Shown here: positions 38,415-52,500 of the stretch, one piece after another
How the letters are laid out: each line of letters begins with the position of its first letter
Position numbering within the stretch: position 1 is the stretch's first letter
Origin: Vicugna vicugna
Taxonomy: Eukaryota
Assembly (NCBI GenBank): GCA_013265495.1
Contig: MU058824.1
Span: 806,001-870,000 of the forward strand
Direction of reading: 5' to 3'
Length of the DNA stretch: 64,000 bases
Notes under the pieces: model-generated
Seen by the model: the letters and a program-made list of their open reading frames with translations, nothing else
Told to the model about the DNA's origin: nothing
Databases searched by the model: none
Position numbers and translations under genes: made by a program

Positions 38415-38650
38415 AATCTACATAGGACTTACAGTGTGCCAGGAGAGTATTCTAAGCTTTACATATATTAACTCATTTGGTCATCACAGTTAATCCTGTG
38501 AGAAAAGTGCCATTATTGTCTCCATTTTACAGATGAGGAAACTGAGGCACACAGAGGTTAAGTCATGTACCCAAGGTCACTCTGATAGTGAGTAGAAGAG
38601 CTAAGCAGTGCAGATGCCATGTCCATGGCTTAACCACTATACTTTATGCA
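38415..38650 (-). mobile_element. MIR SINE
   Basis: ctccattttacagatgaggaaactgaggcacacagaggttaagtcatgtacccaaggtcac. Confidence 0.9.
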
Positions 38651-39957
38651 TATTATGAGGCCTTTATGTGAATCTATGCCTAGAATATGGTGGGCTCTTG
38701 ATAATTGTTTGGTGAATGAAATGAAATGAATGGCTGCACTGTACTATATCACCTGCTGTTTGTCTGCCCTCCAGAAGATTCTGAGTTCCTTGAAGATAAA
38801 AACAAGGTCTTCTCTGGCCTTATCTATAGTGCCAAAGACAGGGCCTGCATGGAGTACCTGCTCAATAAAATATTAAACACTGGAATGAATGAACTGCCAG
38901 ATGGTTCCTGGAATGACAGTGCTTCTCAACTTTAGCATGCGTTAGGAGGTACCTGGGAGCCTGGGAAAAGGGAGACCACAGGATTGCACCCTCAGGTCTT
39001 GGACTCTTCATTTTTAATGGGTGCCTCCCTCTGGTAACACTCTGTAGGGAGTGAATAACTGAGAGCCACAGGGCACCACGGGTGGCTGGTAGGTCACTGA
39101 GGTCTTGACAGTTTGGAAGCTTTGAAGCCTCATTTTAGAGAAAACCCTTGAAAATCAGCAAGGAGTGATTTACTCCCCAGGGAACCCCAGGAAATTGCCT
39201 TCAATACATAGAGTGACTCATACCTGAGTCTCAAGGTCATCATCTCAGATTTGATGTTCCACAGATTGTAATAAAGAGATACATTCTGCCATCTAACATT
39301 GCTGAGCAAGGCACCTGAGGCTTATCTGACACATCCCGGTTCCTATCAAAAGTGACGGTTTGAACTGCAGCATTGATTTTTGGAAGTCATAGTGTAGGTA
39401 TTTGCACGGAAACCCTCAAACAACAGAATTTTAAAAAGTGGAAGGCTATTATACGATAAAATGAACACTGAGTAAAGAATCCTTTCTCTTAACTGTTCCT
39501 CATTGTTATCTGCTAAGTGAAAAGATTGAATTAAATGATCTCTGAAGGTCTTCCCTTTCGTAGTGTTTGTAGTAATATCTCTCATTTATTGCATGCCTAC
39601 TGTGTGCCATGCACTATGTGGGACTTTACCTTTATTGTTTCTAGTAGCTAATTCTCTGAATTATGTGACATCATAGTTATTATGCTCCCAGAGAGATGTG
39701 TTATTTATTTGTTTGTCTAACATCAATGGATAGCTTCCTGTGTGCCAGGCATCAGGCAAATACTGAGTCCTTTGCCAGGCGCTGAGGCATAAGTTGCCCA
39801 ATATTACAAAGTTAGGAAGTAGTAGGGTGGGAATCAACCTTCAGTATGTTAAACTAAGGTGTGAGCTCTTTCTTCTTCCTCCCCCACATTGTTTTCTAAG
39901 ACTCCATGTCTATAAAATAGGTGTGAGATCACTGACTTTTTTCCCCTAACTTCTGTA

Positions 39958-40125
39958 CCAGTGATTCCTGTGGTTACACATTAGAATCATCCAAAACTGT
40001 ACTTCAAACCAATTAGATAACTATCTCCAGTGGGGGGTGGGGAAGAGAGGGGAGAAGAATCAATGTCTTTTTTTAATAATTCCCCAGGTGGTTCAAATGT
40101 GTTTCCAGAATTGAGCACCAAATAC
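39958..40125. mobile_element. MER5-type hAT element
   Basis: cagtgattc...cacattagaatcatcc...tccccaggtggttcaaatgtg...ttgagcacca. Confidence 0.6.
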
Positions 40126-40140
40126 TGTAAATTCTAATTT

Positions 40141-40863
40141 AAAAAATTATTTCTAGTTGTGGTAAAATCACAACATAAAATCCACCATCTTGACCATTTT
40201 TTAAGTGTATGATTTAATAGTGCTTTAAGTACACTCACATTGTTATGTAACTAATCTCCAGAACTCTTCATCTTCCCAAGCAGAAGCTCTGAACCCACTA
40301 AATGATAACTCCTCATTCCCCTGCCCCAGCCCCTAGCAACCACCATTCTACTTTCTGTCTCTATGAATTTGCCCATTCTAGGTATCTGATATAAGTGGAA
40401 TCATACAGAATTTGTCTTTTTGTGACTGATTTATTTCACTTAACATAATGTCCTCAAGGTTCACCCATGTTGTAGCATGTGTCAGAGTTTCCTTGCTTTT
40501 TAAGACTGAATAATACTCCATTGTATATATGTGTGTGTATATATATATATATTCCACATTTTGTTTAGCTATTCATCCATCAGTGGACACTTCCAGCTTT
40601 TGGATATTGAAAATAATGCTGCTGTGAACATGGGTGTATAAGTATCTGTTCAAAACCCTGATTTCAATTCTGAGTACATACCCAGAAGTAGAATTGCTGG
40701 ATCATATGGTAATTCTATTTTTAAATTTTTGAGGAATGTTTTTCACAATGGCTACACCATCTTACATTCTCAGCAGTGCACAAGGGCTCCAATTTTTCCA
40801 CATTCTCATCAACACTTGTAATTTTCTGGTTTTTTATGGTAACAGTCCTCAAGGGTATGAGGT
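40141..40863 (-). mobile_element. L1M 3' end (older), TSD-flanked
   Basis: Antisense L1 3' UTR; TSD tgtaaattctaattt (40126-40140) / tgtagattctagttt (40864-40878). Confidence 0.9.
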
Positions 40864-40878
40864 TGTAGATTCTAGTTT

Positions 40879-41905
40879 GTATGTATGTATTTATATATTT
40901 ATTTATTTATTCATATTGAAGTACAGTGAGTTACAATATGTCAATTTCTGGTATATAACACAATGTTTCATTCATATATATATATATTCATTAGCTTATT
41001 ATTTTTCATTAAAGGTTATTACAAGATATTGAATATAGTTCCCTGTGCTATACAGAAGAAATTTGGTTTTTTATCTATTTTTATATATAGTGACTAACAT
41101 TCACAAATCTCAAACTCCCAAATTTATGCCCTTCTGCCCCCTTTTCCTGATAACCATAAGATTGTTTACTATGTCTGCAAGTCTGTTTCTGTTTTGTAGA
41201 TGAGTTCATTAGTGTGCCCCCCCTTTTTTTCTCATATTCCACGTATGAGCAATATCATATGGTATTTTTCTTTATCTGTCTGACTTACTTAACTTAAAAT
41301 GATGATCTCTAGGTCCATCCATGTTGCTACAAATGGAATCATTTTATTCTTTTTTGTTGCTGAGTAGTATTCCATTGTATAAATATACCACCTCTTCTTT
41401 ATCCAGTCCTCTGTTGATGGACATTTTGGTTGTTTCCATGTCTTGGCTATTGTTTATAGTGCTTCTTTGAACATTAGGGTGCATGTATCTTTTCGAATTA
41501 GCATTCCCTCTGGATAAGTGCCCAGAAGTGGGATTGCTGGATCATATGGTAAGTCTGTTTTTAATTTTTTGAAGCATCTCCATACTGTTTTCCGTAGTGG
41601 CTGCACCAAACTACATTCCCACCAACAGTATAGGAGGGTTCCCTTTTCTTCACAAGATCTCCAGCATTTATCATTTATGACTTTTGAATGATGGCCATTC
41701 TGACTGGTGTGAGGTGATACTTCATTGTAGTTTTGATTTGCATTTCTCTAGTAATTAGCGATACTGAGCATTTTTCATGTGCCTATTGTCCATTTGTATG
41801 TCTTCATTGGAGAATTGCTTGTTTAGGTCTTCTGCCCAATTTTGGATTGGGTTGTTTGTTTTTTTTTCTTATTAAGTCGTATGAGCTCCTTACATATTCT
41901 GGAGA
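40879..41905 (-). mobile_element. Younger L1 3' end
   Basis: (tatg/tatt)n tail, 3' UTR and ORF2 C-terminal region (gatggccattctgactggtgtgaggtgatac). Confidence 0.92.
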
Positions 41906-43424
41906 AGAGGGGTGCAGTACCAGATGAGCAGTCACTTAGACAAGGAGCATCAAGAAGGATGCTAGATTGGAAAGGTGAATCTAAAAGTTATTTTTAAAGG
42001 AGAAACTATAAGCTTTGAAAACATTGAATTTGAGGACTCTGAGAGGGAGGGAGCAGAAGCTTCTTTCAAAACTATCAGCATTCTGGAGATGAAGTAGTTA
42101 TCTTTTCAAAGGAGACTGTAGGTGTAGGGAAGAGCCCCCAAATTGGTATTAGGCTTGTATTTGATTACAAGAGACAGAAACCAAACCCCAAACTATTTAT
42201 GACTTAATAAGATGGAAGTTTATATTTCTGTCACTAAAACAAGCAGAACAAGCAGATCAGGATTCGGATAACTGACCAGGGTTTCCATGGTCACATCAAC
42301 TTCCATGTTGCCAAAACCAGACTTGTATTCCTGTCTACCTTTGCTCTTTCTCCTCCTTTTACTTTCACGGACTGTTAAAATCCAGGATTTATCTCATTTG
42401 ATTGCCCACAGTTGGCCAGGAGTACATGACATTGTACATCTGCAATGTGTTTTGATCTGCCCTCTCACTTGGCCCCTCCAGGCCCAGGTCAGGCCTCAGC
42501 TCTCTCCTTTGGGCCTTTACCACAACCTCCTCATGTGGTCTTCTAGTCTCTTCTCCAGTCCATCCTGTCATGGCTGCCAAGTATGCCTTTCCAGAGAACA
42601 CACCATTCCTGACTCAGAGCTCTTTGATGCTCTCTCCTGTAGCTTCTAAAGTAGTTCGAACTCTTTAGCTTGACACTCAAGGCTCTAGGTCAATTAACTA
42701 AAATCTTGCCCTCTAAAACAATTACTTAATTTCATTTTAACATCGTCATTTTAATCTCATCTAATTTTCAAAGCACTTTAAGGGTGATGACTTTTAAGTA
42801 AATTTCTCTTTAGGAGAATTAATGACAAGAAGAAACCACTTTAGTTGAAGTGTTTTCACATTTAAGGCCAAATAAGAAGCTGTCAGCACTCTGCTTTTTC
42901 AAATGTAGTCCAATTTTGTCTTATTAGATCAGGACTATGTTCCTACTTTACCAAAGATCCATGAGTTTTTTGGGTTCCCTTTTGGTCCCCACAAGTCATA
43001 GTTAGGAAGTTAAATCTGAGAACCATTGACCTGACACCCAGAAAGAGGCCTGGCTGAGTGGCTGGAAGAGCCTGAGAGCTCCTGCCTTTGTGAAGTCTGC
43101 CCTGCCCTGGATGATGCTGGGAAAGAGATATGATCTTTCCCCTCTGTCCAGAGGAGGGAGCAGAGATGGGCCAAGGAAGGGTATTTGTGTTTTTTAAGAG
43201 CATCTTTCTAGGCCTGACTTGAGATGGATGACTCACCTCTTGTGTGACCTTGTGTCACTCTTGTGTGGCCTTGACATTTTGCCATTTATACGTTGCCTAA
43301 CCCATAAAATGGAGACCAATCACAGGCATCCCCCACCTTGCTTCTGTTGTTGTTATCCAGTTCAGAGATGCTGAATTTGAAACCCTTTCTCACTTCATCT
43401 AGCTTGTGGGAGTTTTATTACCTC

Positions 43425-43797
43425 CTCTATTCGTTTCCATGGCTTCCATAACAAACTACCACAAACTAGATGGCTTAAAACAACAGCAACTTCTTCTCTC
43501 ACAGTTCTGGAGGCTAGAAATACAGAATCAAGGTGTCAGCAGACCCTTACTCTCTCCAAAGGCTCTAGGGAAGAATTTTTCCTTGCCTCTTCCTAGCTTC
43601 TGGTAGTTGCCAGAAATCCTTGGCACTCCTTGGCTTGTAGATGCATCCCTCCAGTCTCTACCTCTGTAGTCATATGCTATTCTTCCTGTGTGTCTGTGTT
43701 TCTGTTTTCTCTTCTTATACAGTATGACCTCATCTTAACTAATTACATCTATAAGGTTCCATGTGGACATGAATTTTGACGGCCATTATTAAACACA
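43425..43797 (-). mobile_element. MaLR LTR (MLT1B/C-like)
   Basis: ataacaaactaccacaaactagatggcttaaaacaacagcaacttcttctctcacagttctggaggctagaaat. Confidence 0.88.
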
Positions 43798-43900
43798 GTA
43801 TACTCCCTTGTTTTCTCTTGTAAGAAGTAAATAAGATAACACAGGCTAAGGGCTTAGCACCATGGAAGGTGTAGTGAGTGGGTACTCTTACTACTGTTGC

Positions 43901-43960
43901 TGTTGCCGTTGCACTATTTGCTCTTCCTCCTGTTGCCATTGCATTGTTTGCTCTTCCTCC
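43901..43960. repeat. Two-copy 30-bp tandem repeat
   Basis: tgttgccgttgcactatttgctcttcctcc / tgttgccattgcattgtttgctcttcctcc (27/30 identical). Confidence 0.9.
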
Positions 43961-44989
43961 TTCATGATCCCCCTCTCTCTGCTCCTACCTCAGCTACACA
44001 GACTTGGGCTTTGATCTGCTGAAATGAATCAAATAACAATGAATCTAAAATTCTCTTCCATAAGGGAAAAATGGGTTTATTTTTGCAAAGAGAGAGAATA
44101 AGAGGGGATGCTGATTAGGTGCCTCATTAAAATAATCAATGAATGGAAAATGAAGGATTAATAGGGTCAAGTTGGCCTAGGCAAAAATATTTTGGGGGCC
44201 TCTAACAACTATACATCCAACTAAATTCATATTTAACAAACAACTGATAGACTTTGTGTGTCTGTAGTCTGTGCTGTGAGGATTGGAATGGTGTCAAGAG
44301 GGGCAGAAGGAGCCTTTGAGGGTTATGGAAATTGACCCAAGGAGACATGGGAAAGAGGCAGCACAAGGTAGATGGGTGGGAAGGACACCAGATACCCAGA
44401 TTCTAGTCCTGTCTCTGCCTTTGACGCCACGTGTTGTTTTGAGCAGATCTCTTCCCCTCTCTATGTTGCAGTTTCCCTGTCTCTGAAATAAGGGGTTAGG
44501 CCATGAGAGCTCTGGGACCACATGCTTGTAAGGGGCTTGGAGAGGAGGAAGTGATAAAGAGAGGCACACAAGAGCTCTGCTCCAGGGCTTAAGAAAAGTC
44601 ACCCACCTCTTATACCACTTATAAAAATTGGACAGTTCACGGTAAGATGCTGCATAATATATAAACTTCTCTGATCTATTTTTCACATATGATCTTCAGA
44701 ACAACTCTGAGAGGTAGATGAATTTAGGTGTTTGTATTCCTGTTTTGCAGTTGGGAAACTGAAGCTTGAAGCAGGTTGTCCTGACTACAAACACAGTGTG
44801 TTTCCAAGATGCCACAATGATGGTTGCCTCTTGGCTCAGCACCAGCTCCCTCCAGGAGTGGAGATGAGTTCCTGGGCACCACGTCACCCAACACAATGCC
44901 ACACGCTGTGCATGCTCTACGAATAGCTCTTGGTGGTGAGTGATTCAGACCTTGGGGAGGAAGGAGAAACTAATGAACATGGTATGGTT

Positions 44990-45300
44990 CCGCTAACACG
45001 TATTTATCCAGCATCTACTGCCATGTGTCAGGCACTGCCCTTGGCTCTGTGGACTCAGGAGTGAACAAAACAGACACAGTCACTGTCCTCATGAAGCTCA
45101 GAGTCTCTCAGGAAGACAAGCACTTAACCAATAATTACCAAAGTTTAATGAAACAAATATAAGCATGTGATATACTGGAGAGGACAGGTTCCTAGTGCTT
45201 TGAGTGAGAAGGCTGAAGAGGTTCTGGGAGGAGCCAGGGAAGGCTTCTCTGAGGAGGTGAGGCTGCAGCTGAAACCTGTCAGAGTAAAGGAGGTGGGGCT
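44990..45300 (-). mobile_element. L2 3' end
   Basis: tatttatccagcatctactgccatgtgtcaggcactg...gtgaacaaaacagacacagtcactgtcctcatgaagctca...ggaaggcttctctgaggaggtga. Confidence 0.85.
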
Positions 45301-47883
45301 GGCGCTGGCACTTAGGGTGGACCCGAGGCTTACGGGAAAGCTAGAAAGGAGACCAAAACAAAGGTTCTGTTTTACTTCCTTTGTTGTAACTCTAACTTCC
45401 CCAAAGGACACCTTGAAAAATAGAGAAAATGGTTTCAGGAGCTGTTATTTTTTTTGCCTCCCCATACTTGAAACTGGGCGCAATAGAGGAAGTTTAACAT
45501 GAAACCTCTAATGCGCTATTAATTAATTAATTAATTAACCCACAGTGCATTAAATGTATAATGTATTTAATGTAAAAACGAAAGCTCCAGAATCATCCAG
45601 TGCCTTGAGTGGACTCCAGGCCTTTGTTTCCACTTGTGAGGCAACTCCACTTGCATTGGTCCTCAGAGGTTTCGAAACTGACCTTTTCTTCACCTTAGAA
45701 GCTGGGAGGGTGTATCCAAGGGATGAGAGCATGGATGGGTTTGAGTGTTGAGTTGATAAACAGTAGCTCCACTACCATTCTTTCCCCTCTCCACTCATAC
45801 CCCTTCCTGGGCTTCCCACACTGTGAAGTCTACTCCTGATCACTCCTTTCCTTTCTTGGTAAAGGCCAGCTCAGGAAATCATGATATAGACACACAGTAG
45901 AAAAGTAATCCAAAAAATCTTATGATGTCTCAGTTCTTTTCCTTATTAACTCTGTGGCTACAGTTTCCTCGTCTGTAACATGGGGATGATAATGCCTACT
46001 TCATAAGATTAGTCCTTTGAAATTTTTCAGACTTTGCATTTTATAGATGTAGCAACTCAGAAAATTAGGTGATTTGTGCTGAGTTATGCAGCTAGTAGAA
46101 ACAATCAGGAATGTAGGTCCTCTGTCTCTAAATCCAGTCTCTTTCAACTAGCAAAGCTTCAACCTGTGTACCATGGCTCATCCATGTGTCATGAATAGGT
46201 GGTCTTCACTGTGCTAAAATGTCAGTCCTCAGGGGTGACCAAGTAAGGCTGAGACTGCAAGAAAAAAGAGCTCAGAAGTCCTACATATATGGCACTAGAG
46301 TAAAACAAACAAAACAAAACTTGTTTTGCTGTTATGTGACATCATTGATCATAGCTTTAATTTTTTTATTGTGTTTATGCCAATTCATTGGTTGGAAGCA
46401 GAACTCTCTATCAGAATATTGCCCTAGGAATGTCGCATGCTTTACATATTAAATGACACAGACTAGGTCTGTGGTATGTTCAGATCTCCACTTCCCTTTG
46501 TGCTGGGCAGCTGAAGGTTACGTCTTCCTGATTTTGACCGTTGACTCCTGAAGCTGCTGTGCAGTCATGCTGGCCATCCTAGTGTCAGGTTCAGATTATG
46601 ACATGGTCTCAAAGAGTCACTGCCATCTCTCTTATTTCCATGACCCCAATTCCAAATTTATCAGGAATAGCTGCTTGGCTTCCATTGTCCTTGCATGGAC
46701 TCTATTACATTTCATGGGATTTTTAAGCCACACTCCTTTCAGTCAGAAAACATGGGTGAGTAAGTTGGTATATTTTTTATTTTTTTCTCTTCACTGTTAA
46801 TTCCCTTTTAAAAAAATGAAAGGATAGGAGAACTTTAAGCATTTTGAAAGAGACAGCTAATCAATACACATTATTCTCCGAACATTCTAGGAAATTCAAG
46901 GAAATTATAAAGTACCTCCTAAAGGCTCTTCAGTTATCTGTATGCCTGCCCTTCAGATAGAAAGTTTCCTCTTGGCACATAAAGAAGTCAAATTAGACCC
47001 AGAAGAGACTATCCTTGTTGGAGCGTGAATGTCAAAGAAACAATCTTCAGTAAAATAGCTTTCTCTCTCAGCATGCTCTGGAGAGAAGAATAACTTTGGT
47101 TATTGGTAATGCACAAAGCACAGTGAGAGAGTCTGGGGGATCATGGGAACTGATTTTTATATGAGATCTGAATGTCTTGCTGAGGATTTTCACATATTCT
47201 GTTGTTGGTGAAAACAGTTCACTTCAGAGTGCACTAGGATTTAGGAGCTACAGAAGGGACAGGATCCATCCTCTCCCAGGACAGGGGAGAAGTGCCTTTA
47301 TCAAGGCTTAGTGATGCCTGTTTGAAAACGTCTCCTTCCTTAGTTATGTGGACAGACATTGATCCATCTCCTCTGCTAACTTCAGAGGACCTGGTAAGCC
47401 TTTGGAGTCAAGACCCCTTGAAGGATATTTACAAACACTCTTCTAGTGACCAGCTTTCATAGCTAAGAGATTTCAAGAGAATTTAGAGAAAGAAGCAGTC
47501 CCTAGGAACCGAAACTCAAAGAGTTTCACAATCATTAATCAAGCTGAAGTTCACCTTTTCTCTGGGTAAATTCCATGATACCAACTCAGGCTGGACCGAT
47601 ATGCTGGAGTCTTCTTTTGGGAGACCCTCCTAGGTCTGGGAGGAGGCTGCACTTCTCACAGTTTCCTGGGTGTCAGAGGCAACAGCCACCCAGAGGTCCC
47701 TGGAGTGGTCATTGTGGTCCAACCTCAATGTCTCTGCTTATTTGCTCTAGAAATTCTTTGGTATCCTTTCATACTACAGGAACTAACTCCAGGGTCCAAC
47801 TCACCTACCTCTGGGGACTGCTGCAGGAACATTCAATTCTATTTAAACACATTAGGGGGGTAGCATTGTTTAGAGTATGGTTC

Positions 47884-48440
47884 TACAGGAGAGGAAAAAC
47901 TTCTCCTTTACTCTCTTAGGTTCTGTGGCTGGACCTGAGAATTAAATTGTCATAGGACAGGTTAACAGGAGAAGAGCATGCAAATTTTATCATATTTTTA
48001 CATGTATATGGGAGCCTTCATAAGATAAATGAATACTAAGAAGCTGTTAGAAATGAGAAATTATATACCCTTTTTAACAATGATAAATTTGTGGACAAAT
48101 TTGTGGCACAAAAAGTGACAAGACAAAGGAAAAGGCATTTAAGCCTCTAGGGGCAGTGAGTTGTGGTAAAGTGAGTAGGAAATATATGGGGGAAACTAAT
48201 GGAAGATAAGAATTATATCAATAAGTTTGTTTGTACAGCTCCGTTTTGGTGTCAACTCACCTGGTAATAAGAATGTTCTCTTCCTGCTGCAGGGAGGTCA
48301 CCTTGCTTATGGGAAATTTTATAACCTATTTTTAGGTCAGATGGGGGAGGTTAGAGAACTCCTCCTGCATGTGCCTTCAGCTCAAAATAATCAATATGCA
48401 AAGTTGCATATTTTGGGGTGGCATGTTCTGAACCCCTTCA
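47884..48440 (-). mobile_element. ERV1-class solo LTR inserted in a MIR
   Basis: Reverse complement begins tgaaggggttcagaacatgccaccccaaaatatgc; perfect 4-bp TSD GTTC at 47880-83 and 48441-44. Confidence 0.85.
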
Positions 48441-48709
48441 GTTCAAATCTCAATTTTTCTATATTCTATCTGTAACTTCGGGCAAGTTACCTAACTCCTG
48501 TGAGCTGGGTCTTTTGAGCTCTTTAGTCACTCCTCTTTGTTCCTCAGCTCCAAGCAAAACACCTTTGGTCCTCTCTAAGCCCTTGATTATATCATCAACC
48601 AAGCTGTATGAATGCCGCCAACTAAAAGTTAGTTCTGGTCTCCTGATGGGTTCAAGGATGCATTACACAGCCTCTGAAAGTGTATCAGTTTAATCTAAAT
48701 GCTAGGGAT

Positions 48710-49540
48710 ATGGCCACAAATGAAAAAGACCAAATGCCTGTCCCTGTGGGCTTATATTCCAGTGAGGAGACAAACAGTAAACTATAATACAATATCTAAA
48801 ATAATAAAACACAATGTGGTATGGCATAATATAATATGGTACAATGTAACATAATATAGTGTAAGTCAGTTCTAAGAAGAAAAATAAGCAGCAAAGGAGA
48901 GGTAGGAAATCAGTAAATCAGGAGATCACTTCTTCAAGGAATCTTGGATAAAGGGAAAAGATGAAACATGAATATCTGGGGTAAAAATGATCCAGGCAAG
49001 GGGAATGACAGGCACAAATCTCCCAAAGCAAGAGGGTAACTGGTGGGCCAGAGTGCCAGAGTGGCTGGGATTAAGTGAGCAGATGGAAGGAAGCCAGATC
49101 AGCTCAGCTGGGGCCTTGTAGGCTGTGGTAAACTCTTTGGCCCTTATTCTGAATAAGACAAGTAACTATTGAAGCCAAACAAATCTTTTAAGGGTCACTC
49201 TGGTTGCTATAGGGAGGGGTGGAAAAGACCAGTGAAGACTGGCAGTATTGCAGGCAAGGGGTGTTTGTGGGTTGGAAAGGGGCGGCACTGGTGGAGGAGG
49301 CAAGAAGAGGTTGTATTCAGGACGTATTTCAAAGATGGAAATGACAGTACTGGGGGATGGATTGGGCGTTGATTGAGTAGAAGGGTCAGAGAAGACTCCC
49401 ACTTTTTTGATCTGAGCAACTGGGTGAATGGAGTTGCTATTTACTGAAATGAGAAGAACTGGTGAAGGAACAGGCTGGAGAGTCAAGAAATCAAGTCAAG
49501 CTCAGGACAGCCATCAGACATCTTAATGAAGTCGCTGTGT
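48710..49540 (-). mobile_element. L2 LINE fragment
   Basis: cctgtccctgtgggcttatattccagtgaggagac...gggccttgtaggctgtggtaa...tctgagcaactgggtgaatggagttgctatttactgaaatg. Confidence 0.85.
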
Positions 49541-52500
49541 GGACTTTTGTTTAATAGTGCTTGGAAGGTCTTCCAAGTACTTATTGAAGGCCTTGCTTTC
49601 TTAAGTCAGGGATGCAGCAAACATTGTCAGGTCTGTGATCACAGAACTGAAGCCTTTGGAAGCACCCACAGAAGGCACTCTGAATGTTCATTCTTAGGAA
49701 AGATGCAGAGCAGTGTGACCAAGGCTGGGGCAGCTAGAAGTTAGAGTGCATTAGTGATGACTAATATTTTGAGCATAGAAAGATGTTCAACGCTGTATTT
49801 GGATTTGAATTTTTTGTGTAAATAGAATAAGAAAACTTGAATTCATATACTATTTTGTAATTTAATAAGTGCTTTCAAATCCATCATCACGTTTATCCTA
49901 TGAGGTAGGATTGATTATCTTCATTTTGGACATGAAGAAATGAAAGTTCAGAAAAGTTTAAAGATTTACCTAAACTCACACAACTAATAGGTGAGGGAAT
50001 CCTCAAATCTAGGTTTTTCTGATCCCCCAAATCATTTCCATTGTACTGTGTTGCTTCCATTTCATCGTGGTTATTTTGATGTAGTAGTAGTATTGATTCT
50101 GCCAGTATTAAAAAAAAAAACCCTATCAATCATACCTAATAAGGGTGTAAAATGTCCTTTTTGTCCCTTATTGACTACAAATGACCCATGTACTCAGCCC
50201 CACCCCACGTTCACCTCCAATCCAGGCTTCTCTGGCAGCTTTGTTTCTCTGGCAACCAAGTGGCTAATGAACTTCATCCCATCTCCTGTCTCTCTTAACA
50301 AATTCCTTTCTATCAATGGCTCATTTGCATTGAAAGAGATTTTCATGCCAAGCAATATTTTTGGGAACATTTTACAACTCCTGTTGCTTTAATTCTGAGA
50401 GAAACTGCTTCAAAAAGTCAAACCCTTTCCCCCATTGGATCATTTCAAAATGCAATTAGGTGAGAATAGTTTTTCAATGAACATTTCAGTAATTCCTGCA
50501 AAGTATCACTTTGTCCTGATTGAGACCACAACGGCGTCTACACAGTGCTAAACATCTGGATGAAAAATGAAAATGGAATGCATTAAAACACTAACACCGG
50601 ATCAAAAGCCAACGTTGATGTCCTCAGACACTGTGAGTGGTTGCCCTTGGGTCATCCAAACCCCCTTTGGGTCTCCTCTTAATCACACCAGTGAGCAGAA
50701 CACTGGACTTGAAGAAAGAAGGTTGGGGTACCAGTCTTGACTTTGGTACCTCCTGGTATGTGACCTCACCCAGCCTCAGCTTCCTCAGCTATGAAATGAA
50801 TATTCTTATGCCTATACAGCTTCCTAGGATGTTTATAAAGAATAAATAAAGCAAATTTTGAACTAGGCAGGGGTCACATTATTTATCTTTGCATTTCCAG
50901 TGCTGAACACAGGCATGTAGTAGACTGGGTGAATTTTTGTTGAATAATTTATGAATGAGTATGGTATAGGCAATTGCATAGCTCTAGCACCTATCATTTA
51001 TATAGTTCTATTTACATTTGCCAATTTCCTCTGGTACATAAGCAAATTTACCATCCCTAGAATATGAGGACATATAACCCAGAAAAAATACTTACTAAAA
51101 GCATAAAATGTACTGTGCTAGGTGTAAATAATTTTTTTCCAGTTAGTCCAAGTGGTGAATAACCCCAGCTTTTGTTCTGTTTGGAGCACCTGTTTGTAAT
51201 CCATGTCATAAATATTTTCATGACTATTTCTTACTAGTCAATGAGTTTCTTTGTTGGCACAGAATTTAAGATATTTCCCTAATAAGGACACCCAGTGTTA
51301 AAGCAATGAATTTCTATGGCTATGCAGTTCAGAGAGTTACCTAGGAGATGAAAAGCTAATCTGTCTGGAATTTCTGCCCTTGAGACCAAAGATACTATAA
51401 ATTTGCTCGGGAGGAAAATAATCATGGTAAGCATCTTAATTTCTTCCATCTCGTTTCCAAGCAGATGTCGCTGTGTTTTAGCCTGGAATTCATCATCTCT
51501 CTGATACATCAACATTGACATATTACATCTTCATCTCTTATTATAGAAAATGGAAATGAAACCAGAATGTGAGCATGTTGAATGAATCGGACTCCCCAGA
51601 GATTTGGGGGAGAAGAAAACCTCCCACTCGCCTTTGACTTTTGGATTTCTTGTTTCCCTCATGTTTGGATTGCAATTTAAGAAGTCCATCTGGAAGTTCA
51701 CTTTTTATATTTTGCAAATGCAAGTAGGGCCCATTACCAAAAGACAAACCCTTAAAGGAAGAAAAATAGTCAGCAGGGGTTGGGGAGCAGGGTCAGAGAA
51801 CCACCTCAAAAATCCAATGACGGTATTTAAGGTTAAACTCCAGAGATTAAACTCCATTTATTGCTGGGCTTGACTTTAACAGTCTGCTAGTCTGGATGAA
51901 TGCATGGATATGTTTAGCTGCTTGCTTCTATCTATTAAGCTCTCTGTTTAGAAGATGAGTTTGGGTAGATGTCAACACCTGCAAATGTCATCAATCCTGT
52001 AATACCTCTGTAGCACTGAGTTATCACAGTAGCCCTGCCAGTCTGCCTGAGACTTCAGTCACCCCATGGTGGGCACCAGTACACTTCTTTCCTTTTTCTG
52101 GCTTCAGGAAAACATTCTTAGGATTTCAGGATCCTATTATATGTTAAGTGAATTGCGTTCTTCTTGAATTCCTTACGAAGTCACTCTGGTCCTTAAAGAT
52201 TAGAAGTTTAAACTTTGAAGGCCATACCTCATCGAGTTCTCTTCACTTTGTCTCTCCAGCCATTTCTGTTGCAGCCAGACTTAATCCTCTTCAGACATAT
52301 CAAGCCAACCATCAGTCAAGGTGGTCTTTATTTCCTTACGCATGCTACAGAGATTAAGGCTGCCTGATTTTCTCATATGTTCCCTGGCACCCAGACCACA
52401 GATTCAGCCGCTGTCTGAGGTTGATGTAAATAATGTTTACAACTTGACCCAAACTTGTTGGCCATTTATGGAAAGAATCCATCTTATCCTAGAATCACAA

